DNA from: Candidatus Thorarchaeota archaeon
Lineage (GTDB): Archaea; Asgardarchaeota; Heimdallarchaeia; Hodarchaeales; Hodarchaeaceae
Assembly: GCA_048882505.1 (NCBI GenBank)
Contig: JBHLRO010000001.1
Span: forward strand, 120,001 to 152,000
Reading direction: 5' to 3'
Length of the DNA stretch: 32,000 nucleotides
The position numbers and the translations under genes are program-made. The notes beneath the pieces are model-generated. The model had not been told where the DNA came from. It worked only from the letters and a program-made list of their open reading frames with translations, and did not search any database. Shown in pieces: positions 1 to 8,298 of the stretch; the first letter of the stretch is position 1; each line of letters opens with the position of its first letter.

Positions 1-17
1 GGGTCATCTAAGTTCAT
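1..17 (-). CDS. 5' end of a gene running off the window edge (MNLDD...), plausibly the tungstate ABC ATPase TupC
   Basis: ATG at 17-15 directly follows the tupB TAA (18-20) on the minus strand. Identity is inferred only from the usual tupBC order. Confidence 0.3.
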
Positions 18-737
18 TTAATCCGCCTTTCTTGGAATGAAAATTCTTTGGGTATGCTGAAAATAGGTAAAAAGTATGTTCATGGCAAAGGCCGTAGTCA
101 AAAGGATTAAACCCAGAGCAAGGGCGAATCCCCATCTTCCTGCGGCAATCTCTTTACCAATGGCCGTAGTTAAGGTTCGGGTTCTCCATCGAATGTTCCC
201 TCCTACAATTTGGATAGCCCCGATTTCCGAGATCGCTGCTCCAAAGGCCGCAATGAACGCAGCCACGATTTCAGTACGTACTTCCCGAATCTGTAACCAT
301 ATTAACTGTAATGGTGTCGCCCCCAACGTTATTGCCGCCTCTTTAACACTTGGATCAATGTTTGAAACTGCACTAGCCGAAAGTCCGATTATAATTGGTA
401 AGGCTAGGATTAGTTGCGCTATCATCATAGCAGTTTCTGTTAATAGAAGATGAACAAGACCTAGGGATCCACTAGATGAGAATAATACGAAAATTAGCAG
501 CCCCATTACAACTGGAGGAAAGGACATCCCTGTATTCACTGTGACCAAAATAAATCTTTTTCCTGGTAGGTCTCGGGAACCAAAGATGATACCCAACGGG
601 ATCCCAATTATCCCAGCCAAAATAACGGCTGTCAGGGAGACTCGTAATGATAAGATAGTAATATACAATACTTCTGCATCTAAGGTAATAATTAATGTTA
701 TTGCTTGGATTAAAGATTCCAGTAATTCGTTTGACAA
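18..737 (-). CDS. tupB: Tungstate ABC transporter permease
   Basis: Hydrophobic multi-TM protein with GIPLG...NTGMSFPPVVMGLL, an EAA loop (EAAITLGAT) and EIGA..IVGGNI...TRTLTTAI typical of TupB. TTG start. Confidence 0.88.
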   Translation of the reverse strand: MSNELLESLIQAITLIITLDAEVLYITILSLRVSLTAVILAGIIGIPLGIIFGSRDLPGKRFILVTVNTGMSFPPVVMGLLIFVLFSSSGSLGLVHLLLTETAMMIAQLILALPIIIGLSASAVSNIDPSVKEAAITLGATPLQLIWLQIREVRTEIVAAFIAAFGAAISEIGAIQIVGGNIRWRTRTLTTAIGKEIAAGRWGFALALGLILLTTAFAMNILFTYFQHTQRIFIPRKAD

Positions 738-1119
738 TCTTGTTCAATCCTTGGCGGCGCCATTTTTTTTAAATGGCAAGAACTGGATGTATCACCCATT
801 TCTATGCAAGAATAAAACCTCCCCTGTGCGATCAATAGTTTTTTCTCGAGAATTCAAAACTCGAGTTAACGCACTAAGATACTTGTCGATCATGAAACGA
901 ATTGGCTTATTGTAATATTGCCTAGCCAGAACCTTTTCATAAGAGATTAAACCACATCTCCAATATTTTGGCGGCTTATCGGCCGAAATTATTCCTAACT
1001 TCGGATTTTCTAATTCAGATTGCTTGATTTATCATTGAACAAACAGGGTGCCCAATGATCTTATGAACCAAGAGATGTAGTTAGGAGGATATCTTGTGGG
1101 TTAAGGTAGGCGAGCGATC

Positions 1120-1989
1120 CTGCAACTCTATTTCAAACATCTACTTCCAAGCTACCAAGAATGGCGGGAGGAACCATTTACTCCGTGGCGTTTTGAGGAA
1201 TACGTCTTTTTTTCTGTTTTAGGCTTCTTTGAATCAAATCTGCTAGATGATCCCGAGTTTTCTCTGAAAGAAATCGTTCAATGCGAATCTATCTTTATGG
1301 ATTCTGGAGCTTTCGCTGCGGCATCCCTAGGTTTTACGTTAGACCCATTCGAAATTGCAGAAATGCAATCACGCCTTAAAGCAGATCTGATAGTACCTTT
1401 GGACGAAATTATTTTCTCTGAAGATGACGAAGATATAATTAACCAAAAGCTCACAAGCACAATTCTTAACACGGAAATCCTGATTGATTTAAAATCAATA
1501 GAGAGTGAAATCGTTGGACCTCTCCAAGGGCTGTCCCTAGACATTATAGAACGTCTGTTTGATACTTACAGATCACTAGGAATCAAGAAATTCGCTCTCG
1601 GGGGACTAGTTTTTCAATCGAGTCTCAAACAGACTATTGAGCAAATTAAAAAGGTTCGACGACTCACTAAGGGATATTCTTTACATATCTTTGGACGATT
1701 TCTTCACCCTACATTGTTACAGCCGATTATGGAAGCAAAGGTTGATTCGGTGGACGGTTTTGGATATATCATCAAGTCTGTGAAAGGGATGTATATTCAG
1801 CAGGAGAACAGAAAATATGTCGCTATTGGAGCCTTAGAATCTGTGGAGGAGTGTTCGTGTTCTGTTTGCCTGAACAATGATATCTTGGACTTTCAACGAG
1901 GGGATGAGACGGCCCAGTATCTCTTGATCCAACATAACATTAGGGCACTAATCGACATCAAGAACCGATATTTATCGGAGCTGTATTGA
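1120..1989 (+). CDS. Compact queuine/archaeosine tRNA-guanine transglycosylase (TGT)-fold protein, DpdA-like, no PUA domain. Start uncertain: frame open from 1105, first ATG at 1297.
   Basis: TGT motifs in order: IFMDSGAF, VPLD, GPLQG, FALGGL, LHIFG, VDSVD (nucleophile Asp position), Zn site CSCSVC...HN. The same frame is open upstream of the ATG (LQLYFKHLLPSYQEW...SLKEIVQCESIF), and the DSG motif sits right at that ATG, so the real start must be upstream. Confidence 0.85.
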   Translation: MQLYFKHLLPSYQEWREEPFTPWRFEEYVFFSVLGFFESNLLDDPEFSLKEIVQCESIFMDSGAFAAASLGFTLDPFEIAEMQSRLKADLIVPLDEIIFSEDDEDIINQKLTSTILNTEILIDLKSIESEIVGPLQGLSLDIIERLFDTYRSLGIKKFALGGLVFQSSLKQTIEQIKKVRRLTKGYSLHIFGRFLHPTLLQPIMEAKVDSVDGFGYIIKSVKGMYIQQENRKYVAIGALESVEECSCSVCLNNDILDFQRGDETAQYLLIQHNIRALIDIKNRYLSELY

Positions 1990-1992
1990 CCC

Positions 1993-3309
1993 ATGGAGCA
2001 GCTGATGAATTTTCTTGTTTTAAACGGACATTTAACAGCCGGAGAAGGGTTTTTATTCGGTAAACTTGTGCAGCAATGGCCCTATTCTCTAAAGATAAAT
2101 CAAGCGAAGAAAGAACTGAGGAAAGCAGGTTTTGCTAGGGCCCAGGAAGTCTTAATAAGACTTTCTAGCAAGAGAATAATAATTGTCGACAACAGCCAAA
2201 TTGCATTTCATCAAAGGGGAATTTTAAAATTCTTGGATAACCTCCAAAATCAGCTTTCTAAAATATCAAGCGAATTTGGCCGACTTAAACTGAATTTTAA
2301 TAAGGAAAGGCCTGACCCGAAAGATACTTCTGGTCATCGAATTTTGCTCCCCGAAGATGTATTGCTATTATTCTCCAGTAATAAGCCAGTACAATCCGAA
2401 AAGATATTTCTTGATGGAACTGATTTAATTCACACTATTGAGACAATCGAGCGTCTAGCTAGTCTGGGAATCCTGAAAATTCAAGAAAGATCTAAATCTC
2501 GTCAATTATCATTAACCAGTGAGGGAGCTGCCTTAAGATATTTATTTTATCACAAGCACGAGTTAAACCAAGCAAATTACGATTACCTAGAAAAAACATT
2601 CCTGAAATCAAATCAAGCTACATGGGAAACGTTTTTGGAGAACTTGAATCATACACGAGAGGAACCAACCCTTTCATCGTGGCAGATTAATTTTATTGCC
2701 ATCATCACCAATCTCAGTATTCTAATGAAAGAAGAAGGGAAACCTTCGAGTTTTACTCTAAAGCCTCCAGAAGGAATAGTACCCTTAAATAATCAAGAAG
2801 TTAGGACATTGAAAGAAGAAGTCAGTGGATTCATACCAATGATGACAGGTAGACTCCTTGAAGTTCTTATAGAGCTACAAAACTCAGACAATCCGATATC
2901 TATTGGCCAGAATTTGGAACTCGGACCATCAGGGCTTGGAGGAAGTTTAAAAATGTTAACGAAGTTTGGATTGGTGCAAAAATTGGAAAAAAAGTCAGCT
3001 TACAAGCTAACTTCGAAAGGAGAACAGCTAGTGAAATTTTCTGACGACATGGAGGAAATGAAAGCTCAGTTTGCAGAGACAATCGAGGGTTTCAAAGTCT
3101 TTGAATCAGTGAGGAGATATGCGGAATCACTGCCGGACAACTCATTTGGTTTCATAGACTTGGCGGGTTATTTTCGGGCCTCCGGGGTTGAAAATTTTAA
3201 TCCTGCAAAAGCCCTGTCAGTAATGCGATTGATGACGCAGCTCCACATGGGAATAATGGAGCAGGAGGGCAATTCAGGAGCCTATCGTCTCACATCGCAA
3301 GAGGGGTAA
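1993..3309 (+). CDS. Uncharacterised protein with about four tandem winged-helix-like domains (putative DNA binding)
   Basis: Repeated wHTH-type endings: LIRLSSKRIIIVD, IERLASLGILKIQ...LSLTSEG, LKMLTKFGLVQK...YKLTSKGEQL, MRLMTQLHMG...YRLTSQEG. Starts 3 nt after the TGT stop. Confidence 0.7.
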   Translation: MEQLMNFLVLNGHLTAGEGFLFGKLVQQWPYSLKINQAKKELRKAGFARAQEVLIRLSSKRIIIVDNSQIAFHQRGILKFLDNLQNQLSKISSEFGRLKLNFNKERPDPKDTSGHRILLPEDVLLLFSSNKPVQSEKIFLDGTDLIHTIETIERLASLGILKIQERSKSRQLSLTSEGAALRYLFYHKHELNQANYDYLEKTFLKSNQATWETFLENLNHTREEPTLSSWQINFIAIITNLSILMKEEGKPSSFTLKPPEGIVPLNNQEVRTLKEEVSGFIPMMTGRLLEVLIELQNSDNPISIGQNLELGPSGLGGSLKMLTKFGLVQKLEKKSAYKLTSKGEQLVKFSDDMEEMKAQFAETIEGFKVFESVRRYAESLPDNSFGFIDLAGYFRASGVENFNPAKALSVMRLMTQLHMGIMEQEGNSGAYRLTSQEG

Positions 3310-3318
3310 GGAATTTAT

Positions 3319-4770
3319 TTGATACGCCTCCAAAAAGTCCTTAGTTCACGATCTAGATTTATTTGCCATTGTGGAAGGATTTTGTGTAGTGGAATCGGGT
3401 GTGAAGAGCATGGTATGGAAATCCAAATTGATACGACGTTTATTAAAGCTCGTTTTGAAATTCAAATGAATTCGAGTATAGCTCAATGTCTAACATTTGA
3501 TATAGAGTTGCCGCGGAATCTTTTTGTCTCACTTTTCGAAAGGGAATCCATTAAATCCAAAATTTTCACCGAAAGTAGTTTAGGCAAGGTCCGTTACCGA
3601 ATTATCATCAATAATCCTATAGGGCAAAAACTCCTTCGTGATGCCTTGGACGAATACCTAGAGACGATAGAAAGCGAAAGATTTCTTTCAGCTTACCTAC
3701 TTAAAACTTTCAGGATCAAAATGAAATCTGGGGTGAATATTTATTACTTGCTTAGCAAAATCACGGTTTCTTCTTCGAAAAACATTTGCCTCACCTTCGA
3801 AATGATTCCCCTGCGAAGGTTAAGCTCATACATTATGTGGCGGTTGTCCCATTGTGGTGGAACACGCGAAAGCATCTCTTCCTCTCTGGAAAACCAACGT
3901 AATGAAGTAATCACCAAATTAGGTGAATCTACTGAAATTGATGCCATTAATTGGTCCAAAGAAAAAAAGCTACCTTCCTTCATAATGTGTAAGGGAGTAG
4001 GAAGCTTTTTTCCTTCGGATTTATTCCATAGTTCAAAGCATTTCTTGATTAGTGAGCCTTTCGTGAGAAAGGCATGGGATGGGTTGGAAAAGATAAGCTT
4101 TCAATTTGTTGAAGGTCTGAGCAGGTTTTTCTTTCAAAGAAAGAGCTGGAATGGGGAGTTTCGAAAACTTAAATACGATGATGGAACCTTTACGGAATAT
4201 AATGGGCATCGAATACGAGTTCGTTCTTCCTTTCTACAAACCGTAGGAAGAAATCAAAACAAATGGCTTTTAAAAAAATTAAATTCGCTTTTGACGCCCT
4301 TGGCTGATAAAAATACCCCAAATGGTACTCGAAAACTACTTTTGATCAGCTGTTCTGCGACCAAAGATGTTTTGGGAGATCTCCTCCCCGCAATTCTTAG
4401 GTATTGCGGGCGTGTTCATCTCCTGGTTAAAGCTATTCTTCAAGCAAAACTGTGGCCAAAAAACACGGACATGTTAATTATTAGCGCAGAATATGGACTA
4501 CTTTCTCCTTTTGATCCGATTCCGTATTACGAAAAAAGAATGCTTCCAGAGAACGTTTCTGCTCTTATCAATCAAGTCAAAAAACAACAAAAGAAAATCT
4601 CATTTCATTCATACGAAAGTTGTTTTGTCTATCTTTCCCCTCTTTATGCGAAGGCGGCTTCGCCTATTATCGATGAGCTATCCTCATTAGGCAGTAGAAT
4701 ACATATAGGTTCTACATTAGCCCAGCTTCTTGAGTGGATAACTCGGATCAATACCATCGAAAAACAGTAA
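3319..4770 (+). CDS. N-terminal Cys/His Zn-finger + unknown middle + C-terminal YaaA/DUF328/DUF6884-like domain
   Basis: N-terminal CHCG..LCSGIGCEEH. C-terminal LLISCSATK...LRYCG...LIISAEYGLLSPFDPIPYYEKRM matches the YaaA-like signature. TTG start 9 nt after the previous stop. Confidence 0.72.
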   Translation: MIRLQKVLSSRSRFICHCGRILCSGIGCEEHGMEIQIDTTFIKARFEIQMNSSIAQCLTFDIELPRNLFVSLFERESIKSKIFTESSLGKVRYRIIINNPIGQKLLRDALDEYLETIESERFLSAYLLKTFRIKMKSGVNIYYLLSKITVSSSKNICLTFEMIPLRRLSSYIMWRLSHCGGTRESISSSLENQRNEVITKLGESTEIDAINWSKEKKLPSFIMCKGVGSFFPSDLFHSSKHFLISEPFVRKAWDGLEKISFQFVEGLSRFFFQRKSWNGEFRKLKYDDGTFTEYNGHRIRVRSSFLQTVGRNQNKWLLKKLNSLLTPLADKNTPNGTRKLLLISCSATKDVLGDLLPAILRYCGRVHLLVKAILQAKLWPKNTDMLIISAEYGLLSPFDPIPYYEKRMLPENVSALINQVKKQQKKISFHSYESCFVYLSPLYAKAASPIIDELSSLGSRIHIGSTLAQLLEWITRINTIEKQ

Positions 4771-4850
4771 AAGATAGGGTTATTAGCATGCTTTCTTGAA
4801 ATCCTTGCTTGTTTGGTAGGTTTGTTACTTCTTGAATATCCGCAGAGCTC

Positions 4851-5462
4851 GTGATGATAATGACCAGTCTTTTTTTACATTTTTTGAGTGCCATAATTGT
4901 TTTAAGCTTGATTACTAGCCTTTATAACCTAGAAATCCCTCTGATTGATCGCATTTTGCTTGCATGTTGTACCATGCTTCCGGACGCCATTGATAAAACA
5001 TTAACTGGCACTAGGTATCCTTTTCATTCGTTGCTACTAAGTAGTGTTTTTCTATTATTACTTAACAGCCTTATGCTATATTTAATTAGATCGAATCCAA
5101 AACTGTCAATAGATGTTAAAGAAAGGATTACTTGTTATATGTTAATGGGCTCCATCGCTTTTCTTATCCACCCAATCATGGATTTGGAAAGTGGCGTTCC
5201 CCTATTATACCCTTTGGACTTACGAGGTTTTGAAGTGGCCTTCAATATGGAAATTATACAGCGATTTCCACCCCAGCTATCACACTTTCAATTAGAACTC
5301 ATCACATCCCCGTTCAATTTTGCACAAACATATGATCGTCAGGCTAGTGCCTTGAGTACGCTGGATGCTCTGTTCATATTTCTCATACTGATTGTACTCT
5401 TATCTAGGGGGTTTGTTGGCTTATATGAAAAACTCCGCCCGATTTTTAAAGAGACTGTGTAA
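4851..5462 (+). CDS. Membrane-bound metal-dependent hydrolase (YdjM/DUF457-like)
   Basis: TM segments with LPDAID, RYPFHSLL, HPIMD and GVPLLYPL motifs typical of this family. Confidence 0.7.
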   Translation: MMIMTSLFLHFLSAIIVLSLITSLYNLEIPLIDRILLACCTMLPDAIDKTLTGTRYPFHSLLLSSVFLLLLNSLMLYLIRSNPKLSIDVKERITCYMLMGSIAFLIHPIMDLESGVPLLYPLDLRGFEVAFNMEIIQRFPPQLSHFQLELITSPFNFAQTYDRQASALSTLDALFIFLILIVLLSRGFVGLYEKLRPIFKETV

Positions 5463-5479
5463 TCGTCCACAAGGCAAAA

Positions 5480-6982
5480 ATGGATAGACCTCTGGCTCTT
5501 ATCAGCGTGCATGACAAGACAAATATAATTGAATTCTGTATAAACCTTTCATCCCACTTTAAATTCATAGCAACTGGAAATACGACCAAACACCTGCGTG
5601 AGGGAGAGGTAGAAGTTCAAGAAGTCAGCTCTCTAACGAAATTTCCAGAGATTTTGGACGGACAAGTCAAAACCCTCCATCCCAATCTCATGGGGGGGAT
5701 TCTCGGACGGGCATCTCAAAACAATGAACTTTCCAAGCTTAATATCACCCCTATTGGGATGGTAGTTGTCAATTTGTATCCTTTCTCGCAGGTAGTTTCG
5801 CGCTCCCACGAAGTAGGAGAGGCCTTGGATAACATTGACATTGGTGGAGTTACACTACTCCGTGCTGGTGCGAAAAACTATCCTGAGGTCATCCCAGTGT
5901 GTGCGGTTGATGATTATCCTTGGATCAGCAAAGCGATTATCGACGGATCAATGGATCTTGAACTACGAAAATATCTGGCAAGAAAAGCCTTCGGATATAC
6001 TGCAGTGTACGATGTTTCCATTGCTAACTATTTTCATGGGTTGGAGAAGGATGCCTATCCTGACCCATTGCTCATGAATTTTGAAAATCCTCAGGAGCTC
6101 CGATATGGAGAAAATTGGCATCAGGACGCCCGATATTATCTTTTACCTGGAAAAAAGCCCTTTTTTACTCAATTGCATGGCCGTAAAGTCTCTTTGAACA
6201 ATTTGGTTGACTTTTATGCTGCTATGGGATTGTTTTCCGAGCACACCCAACCTTCGTGCGCGATTATTAAGCATACTAGTCCTTGTGGGTTCGCTAGTGC
6301 TCCAAAAATTGAAACCGCATTTGATGATGCGTTTGCCACAGATAATCTTTCGGCTTTTGGGTCGGCAATGGGTTTTAATCGTCCGATTACCATACCTTTG
6401 GCAAAGAAGCTCAATAGAATCTTTGTTGACGCAATAATTGCCCCTGATTTTGATTCGAAGGCGTTTGAAATACTGTCACAAAAAGAAAGAATAGTCATCT
6501 GCAAATTTAATGACTATGAGATACCAACTGCTTCAGTCCGTTTTGTTCCGAACGGACTTCTGCTGCAGCCAACAGATACACGAATCCTAACGGAGGAGGA
6601 TCTTAAGGTGGTGTCTCGCGTTCAACCCAGAAACCATGAGATCCAGGAATTGACGTTTGCTTGGAAAGTAGGCAAGTATGTCAAGTCAAATTCTGCTGTC
6701 ATAAGTACAGGTACGAAAACAGTGGGGATAGGGATGGGCCAAACCTCGAGAATTGGAGCTGTGGATTTAGCGATAAGGAGGGCTGGTTCAAGAGCAAAGG
6801 GATCAGTTTTGGCATCGGATGCATTCTTTCCGTTTCGTGATTGCGTAGATGCCGCTGCTGAAGCGGGAATAACTGCGATCATCGCGCCTGGGGGATCTAT
6901 TCGTGATGCTGAATCGATCAAGGCCGCAGATGAACATGAAATCGCGTTGGTATGGTCAGGAGTACGAGCTTTTCTCCATTGA
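5480..6982 (+). CDS. purH: Bifunctional AICAR transformylase / IMP cyclohydrolase
   Basis: ALISVHDK, VKTLHP, NIDIGGVTLLRAGAKN, LRYGENWHQ, IIKHTSPCG, GMGQTSR, ASDAFFPF, PGGSIRD. Confidence 0.97.
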   Translation: MDRPLALISVHDKTNIIEFCINLSSHFKFIATGNTTKHLREGEVEVQEVSSLTKFPEILDGQVKTLHPNLMGGILGRASQNNELSKLNITPIGMVVVNLYPFSQVVSRSHEVGEALDNIDIGGVTLLRAGAKNYPEVIPVCAVDDYPWISKAIIDGSMDLELRKYLARKAFGYTAVYDVSIANYFHGLEKDAYPDPLLMNFENPQELRYGENWHQDARYYLLPGKKPFFTQLHGRKVSLNNLVDFYAAMGLFSEHTQPSCAIIKHTSPCGFASAPKIETAFDDAFATDNLSAFGSAMGFNRPITIPLAKKLNRIFVDAIIAPDFDSKAFEILSQKERIVICKFNDYEIPTASVRFVPNGLLLQPTDTRILTEEDLKVVSRVQPRNHEIQELTFAWKVGKYVKSNSAVISTGTKTVGIGMGQTSRIGAVDLAIRRAGSRAKGSVLASDAFFPFRDCVDAAAEAGITAIIAPGGSIRDAESIKAADEHEIALVWSGVRAFLH

Positions 6983-7007
6983 TGGAAAGGGGAAGGTAAT
7001 TGCCTCG

Positions 7008-8177
7008 TCATTGCATAATGGCTTGAACTACGGGCGGATCATCATCTGAAATTCGAATTAGACCCTTATCTACCAGCTCCAAGAGCATACCATGCAATTT
7101 GACTGGGTGAGCGCCGACAGATTTTGCCATTGTACTTAAATCGAGAGATCCTCCGAGATTTAGGAGAATCAATACTGAGGCATATAGGGGATGACTGGAG
7201 AGAAGTCGTTCGGTATAGTCAACCAGGAGATTTTGCTCGTTCTGCACTGCTGATACTTCCTCCAATTGTTTTTTGAGATTTTGAAGTTCCTCCTCCAATT
7301 GATCGATCATTGTTTTGTAATGGTTCACACGTAAATGAATCTCCTTATCGTACCAAGATTTGGTTTCGTTACGTATTTTATGGGCCAGTTTTTGGAGTTC
7401 CTCTTCTTTTTCACTACGGACTTGAACAAGCTTTTTTTGAAACTCTTCCTCAACTTCAAGACGGATTTGGCCCAGGCGCTGTTGGAGTTCTTCTTCAACC
7501 ATCCGTTGATAATAGTCCTCTTGAATCTTATAGGTCTCTGCTACGGACTGCAGAGCTTCCTCCACATCTTTTTCACGGATTAACTCTCTTTTCTTTAGAG
7601 TTTCGATGAGAGCGGACTTGACATTGACTTCGTGTACCAAACCATCTAGACGTTGCTGATAAAGCGTTTCCTGTTTCTGTAAATGTTCAGCCCGCCTTTG
7701 AAGTCGGTTTATTTCATCTTGAAGGCGATTCATTTCCGTCTGATTTTTTTCAAATATTCCCTGAGCTTGATCCTTCTGGAACGTAAGGTTCTCAATAATC
7801 TTTTCTTGACTCTTAAGTCGTTCTTTTAATGCTTGAAGATTAGGATCAGGTTTGGGGATTTTTAACGTCTCCTTGGGGGGTTCATCGATAGGTGTTGGGA
7901 CAATTATTTGCTTTCCTTGTATGAAATCACGAATTCGACCCAGAGATTTAAGTGTAAGACGAGTAAGTTCAGTATCTACGATTTTTCCTGTGGATTCCCT
8001 AACTTGCTTTACGAAATTATTGAGATCTTGATAGGAGAATTGTTGCGGCGATTGATCGACGAAACGAGATTTTGTTGCAGACAAGGCAACTCCAATTTCC
8101 TCGTGGGCCCGTTTACGATCCTGAGTCATCTCGTTGATGAATTCTAACCCAAAATCCTTTAGTGTTTGTTGAGACAT
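7008..8177 (-). CDS. Long coiled-coil protein with C-terminal winged-helix domain
   Basis: About 200 aa of E/Q/K/L heptad-rich sequence after a Pro-rich linker. C-terminus LDLSTMAKSVGAHPVKLHGMLLELVDKGLIRIS is wHTH-like. Confidence 0.7.
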   Translation of the reverse strand: MSQQTLKDFGLEFINEMTQDRKRAHEEIGVALSATKSRFVDQSPQQFSYQDLNNFVKQVRESTGKIVDTELTRLTLKSLGRIRDFIQGKQIIVPTPIDEPPKETLKIPKPDPNLQALKERLKSQEKIIENLTFQKDQAQGIFEKNQTEMNRLQDEINRLQRRAEHLQKQETLYQQRLDGLVHEVNVKSALIETLKKRELIREKDVEEALQSVAETYKIQEDYYQRMVEEELQQRLGQIRLEVEEEFQKKLVQVRSEKEEELQKLAHKIRNETKSWYDKEIHLRVNHYKTMIDQLEEELQNLKKQLEEVSAVQNEQNLLVDYTERLLSSHPLYASVLILLNLGGSLDLSTMAKSVGAHPVKLHGMLLELVDKGLIRISDDDPPVVQAIMQ

Positions 8178-8298
8178 CTCCCAGACCTCTTATATTTTGG
8201 ATTTAGCATGGTAAATACGATCCAATGTTGATTTAAGACTCAAATACTGCGAAATGAAATGTAAATATTAATCTCCTTATTTAATGCACCCCTTAGTC

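Noticed and set aside
76-915. ORFs 76-453 (+), 541-915 (+), 472-747 (-)
   Set aside because: They are antisense or alternate-frame shadows of tupB with no family motifs.
1120-1989. Calling the TGT-fold gene the canonical archaeosine tRNA transglycosylase (tgtA) or bacterial tgt
   Set aside because: It is too short and lacks the C-terminal/PUA domains of arcTGT, its motifs are divergent, and its neighbours are not tRNA-related. It cannot be fully excluded without a phylogeny.
3500-4300. The middle of the 483-aa protein gave a vague impression of an Argonaute N/L1/PAZ-like lobe
   Set aside because: No MID/PIWI domain or diagnostic motif is present; it is an impression only. A Foldseek search would settle it.
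4771-6982. Hydrolase and purH as part of the TGT operon
   Set aside because: An 80-nt gap with T-rich tracts follows 4770, and no functional link can be shown beyond shared strand.
6207-7609. Small ORFs inside purH and the coiled-coil gene (6214-6504, 6622-7011, 7310-7609, 7335-7583)
   Set aside because: They are shadows of well-supported genes.
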